A stretch of 64,000 nt of DNA, taken from contig MCFH01000001.1 in NCBI GenBank assembly GCA_002104945.1, positions 744,001-808,000 of the forward strand, given 5' to 3'. Within the stretch, counting starts at the first letter, position 1, and every line of letters starts with the position of its first letter. This document shows positions 1 through 11,758 of this stretch, piece after piece. Under the pieces are notes generated by a model. That model did not search any database. It was not told the DNA's origin and worked only from the letters and a program-made list of their open reading frames with translations. The translations under genes were made by a program, and so were the position numbers. This DNA is from Piromyces finnis finn. Lineage: Eukaryota; Fungi; Neocallimastigomycota.

Positions 1-227
1 TAAAAATTAAAATTAGAATGATATTCATATGCATAGTTCATTAGTTTTTTTTAGTATATTATTCTTTTACTACATATATTTAAAAACTATTTATAAATTA
101 TCATAAGAAAATAATTCGAGAAATTCCTTCTCTCTTTTTCATTTTTACCAAATTTCGTATAATTTAATTTTAAACTCTTGTAAATAGTATTAAATATCTA
201 AAGTTTTTCGAATCGTTAGGGGAAAAA

Positions 228-3200
228 ATGAATGAATTAAAAATAACTAATGAAAATTCTCTTTCAGAAACAATTTCATCATATGTTGAAATTCTTAAAA
301 AAGTACCATATTAAAATTCAATATTTTTAAATATCAAAAAATTTTGTTTTTACTAAATATTTAATAAATTTTATATTGTTGTTGTTGTTGTTGTTGTGAT
401 GTTGTTGTTATAGGTAACACATTTTAAATATATTTCAGACAAAAACTTAATTAAAATTGCATCAAGAGTTTCCGAAGTCAAATTTCAATCTAATCATGAA
501 ATCTTTAGAAAAGTAATTAACAATATTACAATGATATTTGCAATTAATATTACATATTTTCAAAACATTAACATATATGCATATATATAGGGAGATATGT
601 CAAATGACATTTATATCTTAATTGAAGGAAATGTATGCTATTCTTTATATGAATATATTTATAATTATAATTTTAAAAAAAAAAACATAAAATACTTACA
701 TATTACAATATATTTAATTACTTAATTATTATAACATATTAAAAAAGGCCTATCGTGATTATTTAAATGGAAGATCTGGAACATATATTCATAAATTTTC
801 GTATTTTGGAGAAAGAAGTGTATATATCATGATACTAAAAAAAAAAAATTAATCATAATATTTTCATGAATGAATATTTATAAAAATATTTATATTTTAA
901 TTGTATATTATTAATAATTCAATAATAAGTGCTTATTTGATGAACCAAGAAGATGCACTGTATCAACTACTTGTACTAGTCGTTGTCTTCAATTAAAAGG
1001 TGAAGATTTCATATATATGATTCTTCATGAACTCCCCTTTGCTACAGCAGTTGGTAACTATCATATAGAATTATTTTAATGTTATATAAACGTTAATTTG
1101 AAAATTAATTAAATAATATATAATAAAAAGGACGTTCTTTAAGAGTTAAGCAACATATCTTCGGTAAATTTATATTATTTATATAATCATTTAATTAAAT
1201 TACATTCAATAATTTCAATATTTTCCTATTCATATATTAATATATATTGATCAATATTTGTTTGAAAAATAGATAACTTTGAAGCTTTCAATAATTATTT
1301 ATTTAGTTGTGTTGCTAAGAAAAAAATTAATTTCCAAAAATTATTAAATCTCTACGCTAACATGAAACCTGCTATGCATCCAAACGTTAAAACAGCAAAA
1401 CTTGAAACAAGTGCTTGGGTTTATGCTATTAAGCGTTTACCAACAAATATTTGTTCAACTAGTACTATTGTTATGTCTACTAAAATCATTCCAGTAAGTT
1501 ATTAATATATATTTAGAAAAAGTAGTATTTTAATAATTAAAAATAAATATATATATCATATCCTCCAAAAAAAAAAAAAAAAAGATCCTAATGGATGAAA
1601 TGAAGAGAAATAACACCGGTAATGTTAAGACAATATGTAGAAGAAGATCTACCTGGAACTTAGGTAATGGTAAAATATTTATCCTTTTAAGAGACTCGGA
1701 AACCGATATTATTGATCTTATGACATGTCTTTGTTTACATGCCATTGAAGCTAAAAAATTAAGAAATTTATTATCTAAAAATCCAAGAAATATAAGTTTA
1801 TTGGTATATTATTTATAATATATAAATATATATAAATATATATATATAATGTATATTAAATTAATCATTTTATATAATTTTTATTCTTAGTATGATGCTA
1901 TTCAAGAAATAAAAAATGGGGCTAATGAAACTTTTGAAATGCAAGAAAAAATTTTATCCAAAATAAAAGAATTAACACCAGATGATGTTGAAGGTATTTT
2001 TATATTACAATAGCAAATATATATAATATAATAAAACTCCAAAAAACTAATATTTCTATGTTAAAAAAAATTATTTATATATATAAAACAAGGTTTAAGA
2101 AAGTAAGAATATTTTGATATATGATTTATTATTTTTTATATTGTATTTTGATTAAAAGATATATATATATTAAATAATAATTATTATTATAATAAATAAT
2201 ATTTAAAATTATAGCCTTTGGGGTGATAAGACTTTAGAAAATATATGGAATGTATTATATCAACATGGTGATTATAATATTATTATTGACAAACCACAAG
2301 ATAGTTTTGATGATGTTAATGAAATTTGGATTGACAAAGTTAGAAATGCTACAATTAAATTATTGGGTGTAAGTTTTTTTTTTAATTAAATGTGATATTT
2401 TTTTAATTACTTTAATGAAATAAAATATTACTTAATATTTTTTAATAATTTATTAAAAAAATAAAATATTAAAATATATATAGAATTATAATACAGATGA
2501 TTTAATTGTAGATATTATTTCAAGTAATACACATTCAGTTGTAAATCTTGTTTCACCATGGTTACATAAAAAGAAGCAAGAAATATTAGAATGGGGAAAG
2601 AAAATTCATCCAGAAATTGTTGAAGTAATTTTTAAAAATTTCTGAATTTTTTATTTTTGAATATTTTAGTGAATTTATCATTCTATGTTATTATTTATGA
2701 TAGCAAAATCCAGTTGATGATGAAGATCTTTTATACATCTTGCTTCAATTCTATTTAAAGTAACAACTTTATCAAATATATATAATTATTTTTAGTTTAC
2801 AATACTCAATAAAATATGTTTTAAATATTATATAATGATAATAATAACAGGGAGTTCCCAGATCAAGCAAAAGAAAGATCAAGAGAAGAATTTAACTACG
2901 GTATTCTCTCTATTTTTGAAGAAGTATGTTAACAATTAATTAAATAATAATTAAATTATATATATAAATACAGATTTTAACAATAATATTAATTTTTTAT
3001 TAATATTATTAGGATTTAACTGGTATTTCTGTTCAATTAATTGATCCAACAAAATTAAATAAGAAATATTGTGATAATTTATTAAAACTCAAATTAAACA
3101 GATTAAGACAACATAAAAGACATTTAATTGTTAATGTTGATTTTGCCTTCGGTCATCAAGCCGAAGAAATTGTTCATTGTTTAACTTTATTATTTAGAAA

Positions 3201-4297
3201 ATCTATTCGTAGTTTGAATGGTAAAAAAAAAAGTTACAATATAATTTATAAACAATTAAAATCATTTTTATTAATCGCCATTATATCTATATTTTTTTTT
3301 ATTATATATAAAAGTTGTTGGTAAAGCCGGTGGTTTGATTGGTAAGAGAGGTGATATTCTTTTACCATCTCATGTTCTTTTACAATCCCAAGATGATCTT
3401 CGTCCAATTGCACAAACTGGTATTTCACCAGAAAAAATTGCAAAGATTTGTAGTAGAGAAGTTCATGTTGGTACTGTCTTAACAATAGAAGGTACTCTTC
3501 TCCAAGACAGAGTATTATTAAATTTCTATAGGTAGGCTTTTATTAAACTTTATTCAAAATTATATTTTTAAATTTCAACTAATTTTTTTTTTTTTTTTTT
3601 TTTTTCAATTCACATAAATTTATAAATTTTAGAAAATTCTCACATTGTATAGGTCTTGAAATGGAAGGTAAAAAAAAAAAAAATAACATAATACATATAT
3701 TGCTTGATTAAACTTAAAAAAAAATTTTTTTTTTCTAATAATATTATAATTTAAAATAAAATTAATTTTAATCAGGCTCATACTTTGTAAGACAAATTGA
3801 ACAATCTATTATGAGAGGTCTTTTAGATAATGATGTAAGTACTAGATTCCTTTACTATGTAAGTGATATTCCATTAGATCTTAAATCTACTTTGTCTAAA
3901 TCTCTTAGCCCATGGGAAGGTAAATCTCATACTAATTAATAAATAAATTTTTACTTCAAATACTAAGTTAATCTATTATACACTATTATAAAATGAAGCT
4001 ATTCCACCACTTTATTCTATTATAAGATTAATCATTAATCAATTATTTGATGATGATAATATTTACTCTGATACAAGTCTTAATACACCAATTACACCTA
4101 TTGATGCTACCATGGGAGAATTTAGTAGTTGCAGAAGAAATAATAGTATTAGTCTTATGCAATCGAAAACTTTCAAAAGGAATATTGAACGTTCCTTATC
4201 AAAAGATATTGTTAGTGAAAGTCTAATAGAAATACCACGAATTATTAAAGAAGATGAAGAAGAAGAAGATACGCCAAAATTTTTAGATGATAATTAA
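228..4297 (+). CDS. cNMP-binding (CAP_ED) domain fused to a DUF6909-like PNP/AMP-nucleosidase-fold domain, about 19 exons
   Basis: Manual GT-AG splicing gives a continuous frame. N-terminus: HEIFRKGDMSNDIYILIEGN...FGERSCLFDEPRRCTV (cNMP phosphate-binding cassette). Then AWVYAIKRLP, RRRSTW...DSETDIIDL, DIISSNTHSVVNLVSP, NVDFAFGHQA, VVGKAGGLIGKRGDILLP, TIEGTLLQ, IGLEMEG, YYVSDIPL. ORF-track pieces 1591-1818, 3335-3535 and 4112-4297 are exons of this gene. Confidence 0.85.
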
Positions 4298-4663
4298 TTA
4301 TAAATAAGGATAAAAAATTATACTGTCAAATATTTGAACTTAAATTGTTATTCAATAAAAAAATAGTTTCATATTAAATATATACATATTTATATATAAA
4401 TATGTCAATAGATATAGACATATAAATTAAAATGTATAAAATAATATTATTATGTTATTGTAAAAAATGAATAATTTCTCAATTTTTATTATTCTATATA
4501 TATATTTGTAATTTATAATAAATAAATTTAATAAAATTAAATTCTTAATATTAATTATACTTTGTATTTTTGTTTTAATATTGGGTATGTGAATTGATTA
4601 AATAATGCATTTAAGGTGTTAAAATTTAAAATAAAATATGAATTTTTGTATCTATTTAATGTA

Positions 4664-5278
4664 TTATACAAGTGGTATATTTTCTTCTTTTTCTTGATTG
4701 ACTTCTGCTTTGTATAATTTAAACTTGTAGTTTATAAAACGTACAATCAATATTAGAAAAGAACTTGACGTTGTGCCTAGTAAATTTGCCTGTAATTTAA
4801 TAATAAAAAATAAATAAAATAATATTATATACATAATATTGTAAATATATATATTATAATTATAATATATTTATGATTTAATACACATACAATAATATCA
4901 CCAACATCAAACAATCTATACTGAAAATTTTAAAATTATTATAAACATTTAAAATTAATTCCGGTTTTAAATTTGACATATATATATATAGTAATAAAAA
5001 TAATAATTTACTGGAAATATAGATTGTACGGCCTCACTAATAACAGACCATGCTATCATTATAATAAAGCATCCTGTCCAATAAAGAAAAGTTCGAGTAA
5101 ATATAAAAATGTAATTTATAAGAATAGTAGTTAAAAAAAATACTGAAAAATGTAAAATTTTATCTTCTCCATCCAAAAATGATGGTAATTTTATCCACTC
5201 ATGAGGTGCAAATCCAAGAAATGCAAAATATAACAATAATAGCACTGATATAACTACTACTGGATATCTAATTTTCAT
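4664..5278 (-). CDS. VanZ-like family small membrane protein (3 exons: 5278-5012, 4920-4891, 4789-4664)
   Basis: Spliced product contains DKILHFSVFF...SVISEAVQSIFPYRLFDVGDIIANLLG, matching the VanZ-like pattern DK..HF...E..Q...P.R.FD..D..AN..G, plus hydrophobic helices. All junctions are GT-AG. Confidence 0.85.
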
Positions 5279-6074
5279 TATTATATATTTACTTTTTATT
5301 CATTATTTTAAATTAAATATTTACTTTTATTTTATTTTTTATTTTTTATTTTTTTATTTTTTATTTTTATTTTTATTTTCTTTTTTTCTTTCTTTCTTTC
5401 TTTTTTTTTTACTAGTTAAAAGTAACTTCACAAATACTTTTTTTCCTCTATTTCTTTTTTTATTATTATTATTTTTAAACTTTTTAAGTTTTGTAAATTT
5501 TATTTTTTTTTTTACCACTTTTTTTAGGTAAACTTTTAATATAACATTTCTATGTAAATATAAATTTAATTAAAAAATAAGATTTTTTAACATATTATTT
5601 ATATGATCATTTTCATGTCATGAGATTTTATGACATTCATCCTTCTTATAAAATGTAATATAATTTTATATAATGTATACATTATACAAAAGATATAAAT
5701 TTAAATTTCAACAATTTAAAATATTATATAAAATAATTATTCAATGAATTATTGTAATTAATTATTAATTATCCACCAAACCATATTAATTTAATAATCC
5801 AATTATTATAATATTAAAAATATATTTATAGTCTATATTTTAAATATATATATTATAATTTATGATATTTTATTTAAAAATTTAAACATAATATAAATAA
5901 ACTTTTATCTATCTCTCTTTTAACAAAACATATCATAATATATATATATATAAAAAAAAAAAAGGAAATATCCTAACAATATTAATATTTTCATATAATA
6001 TAAAATGACATTCAAATAAATAATAAATATAAAATAAAAGGTTATTTCATATTATTTAAAAATATAACATTCAA

Positions 6075-9000
6075 ATGGATAATTTAAATAGATATGAAGA
6101 ATTAAATTCTTTAATTAATAATGGAAATGTGAATGCAATTATTGAATTCCTAAATAACACTAAATTAAATTTAAATTCTAATGTTACAAATTCTAATGTC
6201 ATAATATATACTATTCAAAATTCTTCATTTTATTTAAAAAAGGGAAATAATAATGATAAAAATAAAATTTTAAATATACTTCAAATTTTAATTAATTACG
6301 GAGCAAATGTGAATTTGGAAATTGAAGAAGGTCGTTTTCCATTATTGGAGGCATTTGAACGAAAAGATAAAAGTATTATAAATTTTCTCCTAAAAAATGG
6401 TTCGGATTTGAATTTTCAAAATAAGCAAGGTGAAAACTTATTGATATATTATATCAAATATGAAAATAAATATGTAAGCTACCGTTATTATAAAGATATT
6501 ATTATAGAATACCTCCTCTCATATAACATTAAACTGAATGTTAAGGATATTGAAGGAAAAACTGCAATTCAGCATGCCTTTGAAAATAATGAGTATGAAA
6601 CAACAAAATTGTTAATGAACCATTTTAATCCTACAAATGAACTTATTCTTGACTTAATTCTATTGAATAAACGTAAAGTATCGGTTTCCAATAAAGACTT
6701 TAATATTTTAATTGAAAAAGGCAGTAATAAAGTTAATTTATTCTATCAAACCAATCCAATACTAAATTTATTAATATATATTAGTTGTATGAATTATACT
6801 GAAAAAATAAAAGAATATTTAGAAAAAGAAAATCGTATTAACACTATAACACAAGATTTATTAAATACGAGTTTTATGTTTTCATGCTATTTTGGTATTC
6901 TTCCAACTGCTGAATACTTATTGGAAAAAGATGTTGATATTAATTGCACCAATGAAGATAATAATACTCCACTAATGTTAGCTTGCTATAGTGGTCAAAT
7001 TGAAATAGTAAAATTTTTACTACAAAGAAATGCCAATACTAAAATAGAAAATTATTATAGAGAAAGTGCTTTAAGCATTGCAAGTGAAAAGGGTTATGAA
7101 AAAATTGTAGAATTGTTATTAAAGCATAACGCAACAGATGAAAATGAAAATAATATAATATCATTGATGATTGCTTGTGAAAGTAATGATGTTAATTTGA
7201 CTCGGTTTATTCTTGAACACTCTCCATCGATTAATATGAATGTATTGAATAGTAACAAGGACACTCCATTAATTTGTGCTTGTCAAAATAATAATGAAGA
7301 AATTGTTAAATTATTACTTCAACATAGCGTTAATGTTAATTTTAAAACAGAGAGTGGAAGATCGGTATTACATGTTGTTTGTCGAAACAATAAAATATCT
7401 CTATTAAAATTATTATTAGAATATGAAGGTATTAACATTAATATACAAGACAACTTTGGTGAAACAGCACTATGCTGGGCATGTATGTTAAATTATATAG
7501 ATGTTGTAGAACTTTTACTTCTAAAAGGGCATGCAAATCCAAATTTAAAAAATGATTTTGGACGTTCCCCTCTAATGATTGCTAGTCATAATGGAAATGA
7601 AAAAATTATAAATCTACTAATACAATCAAAAGCTATTGTAAATGATAGAGATCTAAATAAATTTTCCCCCTTAACCTATGCAATTGAAGGTAATCAAGAA
7701 AAAGCCATTGAATTATTATTACAGCATCATGCAGATACTCATACAGAAGATATTAATGGAGAATATCCTTTGATCAAAGCTGTATTAAAACAAGATGAAA
7801 AAATGGTCTCTATATTTTTAAAATATGGTTGTGTAGTAGACATTACAAACGATGGTGGTGAAACACCATTAATTATATCTTGTGAACAAGGTAATTTAAA
7901 TATGGTAAAATTACTTCTTCAATATCATGCCGATGTTAATATTCAGGATCGTTGTGGAATAAATTCATTAATAAGAGCGTGTGTTCAAGGTCATGAAGCG
8001 ATTGTTTCAACACTATTAGAAAGTCATGTTAATGTTAATTTAAAAGATAATGAAGGTAATACAGCCTTAAAATATGCATACCAATTTGGTTATGAAAATA
8101 TTGTTCGAATCCTTCTTAAACATATATTTCTTTATCTTCCTGATAGTATTGAACCTTCAACTTTAGCTATCTATAATAACTATCTTACATTTAAAAAGGT
8201 TTACAAATTATTAAATAAGATAACTTCATTAAATGAAAATAATGAAAATAGAGGAAGTAGAATGAAAATCGAATCTCAAAAAAGAATTCCGTTTCACCAA
8301 TCAAGTTTTAGTGATGATAATTTATTATTAGGTTGGATTGAAAATTCTACTGAATGTGATGATCTTATTTTCAATAAAAGTGAAAGAAAATGTATTTGTA
8401 GTGATTATGATTCACCCCCATTTGTAGTCCATCCTGTTTTTAAAAGTAAAGCTATTACTATTATGGATCGTTCTATAAATACAAATACATTTTCAGATAG
8501 TATTCATATCGATGTTAGTTCATCGTCCGAAACCATAAGTAGTGAGGAGAGTAAATCACAAAATCATACAAATCGTCGAATGAGCCTATTTAAAAGTAAA
8601 AAGGCTAATGAGTCAGGAAGTAAATCAGAAAAGAAAAATAGTAAAACTAAAAAATCTGATGAATCCTTGAATAATAAAGAAAAGAAAAATAATAAAATTC
8701 AAGAAAATGATAAACCCTCAAATAAACCAGAAAAGAAAAATAGTAAAACTAAAAAATCTGATGAATTTCTAAATAAAGCAGAAAAGAAAAATAGCAAAAC
8801 TAAAAAATCTGATGAATCCTTGAATAATAAAGAAAAGAAAAATAATAGAAATCAAGAAAATGATAAACCCTCAAATAAACCAGAAAAGAAAAATAGTAAA
8901 ACTAAAGAATCTGATGAAGCCTTAAATAACCAAGAAAAGATAAATAAGAAAATAAAAGATAGCAACGATACGATAACCATCATTGACACTCTATCAAATA

Positions 9001-9716
9001 ATAATTACAATTCTATCTACGATAATAATCTTAACCATGATAATGAAAGCAACAAGGATGAAAATGACAAAAATATTATTAATAGCAAGCATTATCCTAC
9101 TATCTTAAATACCTCAACTTCATCTCATAGTTTCAGAATTACCAGAAATCCAAGTGACCCTACCACCAAGAATTCTAAATATATGAAATCAAAGAAGAAT
9201 TCTTTTGATAATCAAGATGATTTGAATGATAACGATGTTTTCATTGCATTAGTATGGGCAATTCAATATGGTAATATTTCATTTATTCAAAAATTATTTA
9301 AACATTTTATTGTAGATCTCAACCGAATGGATGAATTTGGTGAAACACCGCTTATTTTAGCTTGTCATAACAGATATACAGATATTGTTGAATTATTATT
9401 AAAGAATTCTGCCGATCCTAATCTTAAAAATAAAGATCAGGATACTGCATTAAATATTGCTTGTGCAGGTGGTGATCTCCCAATTGTAAAATTATTATTA
9501 AATTATCATGCTGACATAAATAGTCAAGGAAAATATGGTGATTCACCTCTTATTTGTGCATGTAAAAGTGGACATGAAGATGTTGTGAAACTATTACTTA
9601 TACATCGATCTGATATTACAATTTCTAATAAAGATCAAGAAACTGCTATCATTTTAGCTAATAATTTAGGCTATGAAAGTATTGTTAATCTATTAGAATT
9701 AAGTTTTGTAATGTAA
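6075..9716 (+). CDS. Intronless 1213-aa ankyrin-repeat protein with a Lys/Asn-rich insert
   Basis: Single long ORF with many G.TPL..A...G...IV.LLL..GA repeats (about 18-20 N-terminal, about 4 C-terminal), separated by a low-complexity insert. Confidence 0.92.
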   Translation: MDNLNRYEELNSLINNGNVNAIIEFLNNTKLNLNSNVTNSNVIIYTIQNSSFYLKKGNNNDKNKILNILQILINYGANVNLEIEEGRFPLLEAFERKDKSIINFLLKNGSDLNFQNKQGENLLIYYIKYENKYVSYRYYKDIIIEYLLSYNIKLNVKDIEGKTAIQHAFENNEYETTKLLMNHFNPTNELILDLILLNKRKVSVSNKDFNILIEKGSNKVNLFYQTNPILNLLIYISCMNYTEKIKEYLEKENRINTITQDLLNTSFMFSCYFGILPTAEYLLEKDVDINCTNEDNNTPLMLACYSGQIEIVKFLLQRNANTKIENYYRESALSIASEKGYEKIVELLLKHNATDENENNIISLMIACESNDVNLTRFILEHSPSINMNVLNSNKDTPLICACQNNNEEIVKLLLQHSVNVNFKTESGRSVLHVVCRNNKISLLKLLLEYEGININIQDNFGETALCWACMLNYIDVVELLLLKGHANPNLKNDFGRSPLMIASHNGNEKIINLLIQSKAIVNDRDLNKFSPLTYAIEGNQEKAIELLLQHHADTHTEDINGEYPLIKAVLKQDEKMVSIFLKYGCVVDITNDGGETPLIISCEQGNLNMVKLLLQYHADVNIQDRCGINSLIRACVQGHEAIVSTLLESHVNVNLKDNEGNTALKYAYQFGYENIVRILLKHIFLYLPDSIEPSTLAIYNNYLTFKKVYKLLNKITSLNENNENRGSRMKIESQKRIPFHQSSFSDDNLLLGWIENSTECDDLIFNKSERKCICSDYDSPPFVVHPVFKSKAITIMDRSINTNTFSDSIHIDVSSSSETISSEESKSQNHTNRRMSLFKSKKANESGSKSEKKNSKTKKSDESLNNKEKKNNKIQENDKPSNKPEKKNSKTKKSDEFLNKAEKKNSKTKKSDESLNNKEKKNNRNQENDKPSNKPEKKNSKTKESDEALNNQEKINKKIKDSNDTITIIDTLSNNNYNSIYDNNLNHDNESNKDENDKNIINSKHYPTILNTSTSSHSFRITRNPSDPTTKNSKYMKSKKNSFDNQDDLNDNDVFIALVWAIQYGNISFIQKLFKHFIVDLNRMDEFGETPLILACHNRYTDIVELLLKNSADPNLKNKDQDTALNIACAGGDLPIVKLLLNYHADINSQGKYGDSPLICACKSGHEDVVKLLLIHRSDITISNKDQETAIILANNLGYESIVNLLELSFVM
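8628..8933 (+). repeat. In-frame 51-bp (17-aa) tandem repeat x6, order A-B-A-A-B-A
   Basis: Units read EKKNSKTKKSDESLNNK / EKKNNKIQENDKPSNKP / EKKNSKTKKSDEFLNKA / EKKNSKTKKSDESLNNK / EKKNNRNQENDKPSNKP / EKKNSKTKESDEALNNQ. Confidence 0.9.
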
Positions 9717-10416
9717 TTAAATATCTTTTTTTTTTTTTTTTTTGTTGTTGTTGTTATAAACATAAATTAACATAGTATGAATAGAAATAAAGTTGTATTT
9801 TTTTTTTTTTTTCTTTTAATATTTCGTTAGTACTTTTTAAGCATTAAAAATTAATTTACTTTTATACCAATAATAATTACAAATATATCTTTATCAAAAA
9901 TCTTTATTCTTTAAAGTTAGTAATTAATTTAAAATTAAAGTAAAATTATAATATTCATATGATAATATTAATAAAAGTATTAACCAAATAATCAAATATT
10001 TATTCAAACAAACTTAAATATATTATTAATTTTTTTTTCCTTCACTCTCTCCTTTATATAACTTTGTGTGTTACTATTATTACTTAAAATGATAAAGATT
10101 AAATTAAAAATGTATATATTAAAAAAAATAATACTTTATATAGATAATGTATATAATGATTAATTTATTAATTTAATAATAGTTTTTTTTTTATATATAT
10201 ATTTCTGTTTATTATATTTTTATTATATTTTCTGTTGTTGTTGTTGTTGTTTTTAGATTATATTTTGCTTTTCTATAACTTGTTTGTAATATACTTTAAT
10301 TATTTTAAATTAATATATATTATAAATTCAACTTTTATGTTTTATCTACTTTGTATCTTTATTTTTATATATTAATAATGAAAAAAAAAAAAAAAAGGCG
10401 TTTTAACATTCTACAT

Positions 10417-11758
10417 TTATTTACGCTTTTTGATATTTTCAGAAGCTTGGTTGTTAAATGATGAAGTTGGTGTAGTTTTAGTATTTGAAGATCCTTTAGA
10501 TTTCTTCATATTTTCGTATACTTGTTGAATTTCTTTAAAATCAAATAATCTAATATCAACAGCTAATTTACTCATAGCACGTTGTAATGAATTTAATGCT
10601 TCAGGATTATTTTCAAATGGCTCGTAACCTTGAACAAAGTGAACACTATTTTGTTTATCTAAACCAATAGATAATTTATTTAATTCTTTTAAATTTTTCT
10701 TTAAATCGTTTGATTTTTCTGGAATTAAATCAGGGCCAATATGGGTTAATGCGATAAAGAAGGTAACATTTAATTGTCTAATAATTTCAATTTTTTCAAA
10801 TATAAGTAACTTGGGTAGGAAATATGAAATAGGATCATGATCAGCAATCAAAATATTTGCTTCAAACGCTGCTGTTCCAAAATAAATTAGGAAACGCCAA
10901 TATCTACCATAACCTTTACCAAATAAAACGAAAAATATAAGTAAAACTAAACCAGTAACAGCATAGTGCATTACATACGCTGGAAGCATAAAATATAAAT
11001 AATCCTTTTCATTTTTACAATGTTTACATTCAAAAGCAGTTAAACCAAATTTTTCATAAGCCTTAAGACGAATTGGATCCTGAAGAATTTCATAGGCACT
11101 TCTTATTAAAATATATTTTTCTTGGGCTTCGGCTGTAAAATCTGATCCTAATTTATCTGGATGATATTGAAGGGATAATCTTCTAAAACTGGATTTAAGT
11201 TGTTGAGATGTAAAGTCTTTAGAAATATTTAAAGTTTCATATAAAGTTGGTGAGCGTGGTTCTTGGTACATTGACTGTTAAAATTGTATTGATAATATTT
11301 AGTATTTTAATTCAAGGATGTAAATTAATATTATATCATGATAAAAATAAAAGTTAAAATAATAGTTATTAAGGTGAATATAAAAATTATTTTAAAGTAT
11401 AATATTATTTTACTGTGTTGAATGTATTTTTTTTTTTATTACTATTACTATTACTAGTAACAATACTACTTTTATTTATTATACTTTTATTTCTTTATTT
11501 CATTAAAAAAAAAAAAATATGTTAATGTTAATAATAATTTACCTTATAAAAATTAAATATTAAATAAACAACGATAACAAGAATATGGAACTTTTTATAG
11601 TCTCTTTTAAATTTTTGAGATCCTTGTCTTGGTCTTGAAGGTGAATGTGGAGCATATTTCCAATCGTAATAACGAGCTAATAAAAAATTAGTTGCCATTC
11701 TTGGAAGAAAAGCCCACATAAGGGCTCCTGAAAACATATTTGTTTGAATATGTACCAT
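10417..11758 (-). CDS. Membrane-anchored DnaJ (J-domain) co-chaperone, 2 exons (11758-11543, 11274-10417)
   Basis: In-frame GT-AG join FYK|SMYQ. J-domain LYETLNI...FRRLSLQYHPDK...AYEIL with intact HPD. Hydrophobic segments lie before and after the J-domain. Confidence 0.9.

Noticed and set aside
1530-1745. Minus-strand 71-aa ORF (also 3246-3485)
   Set aside because: Antisense shadows of exons of the cNMP-fusion gene, running into intronic poly-T.
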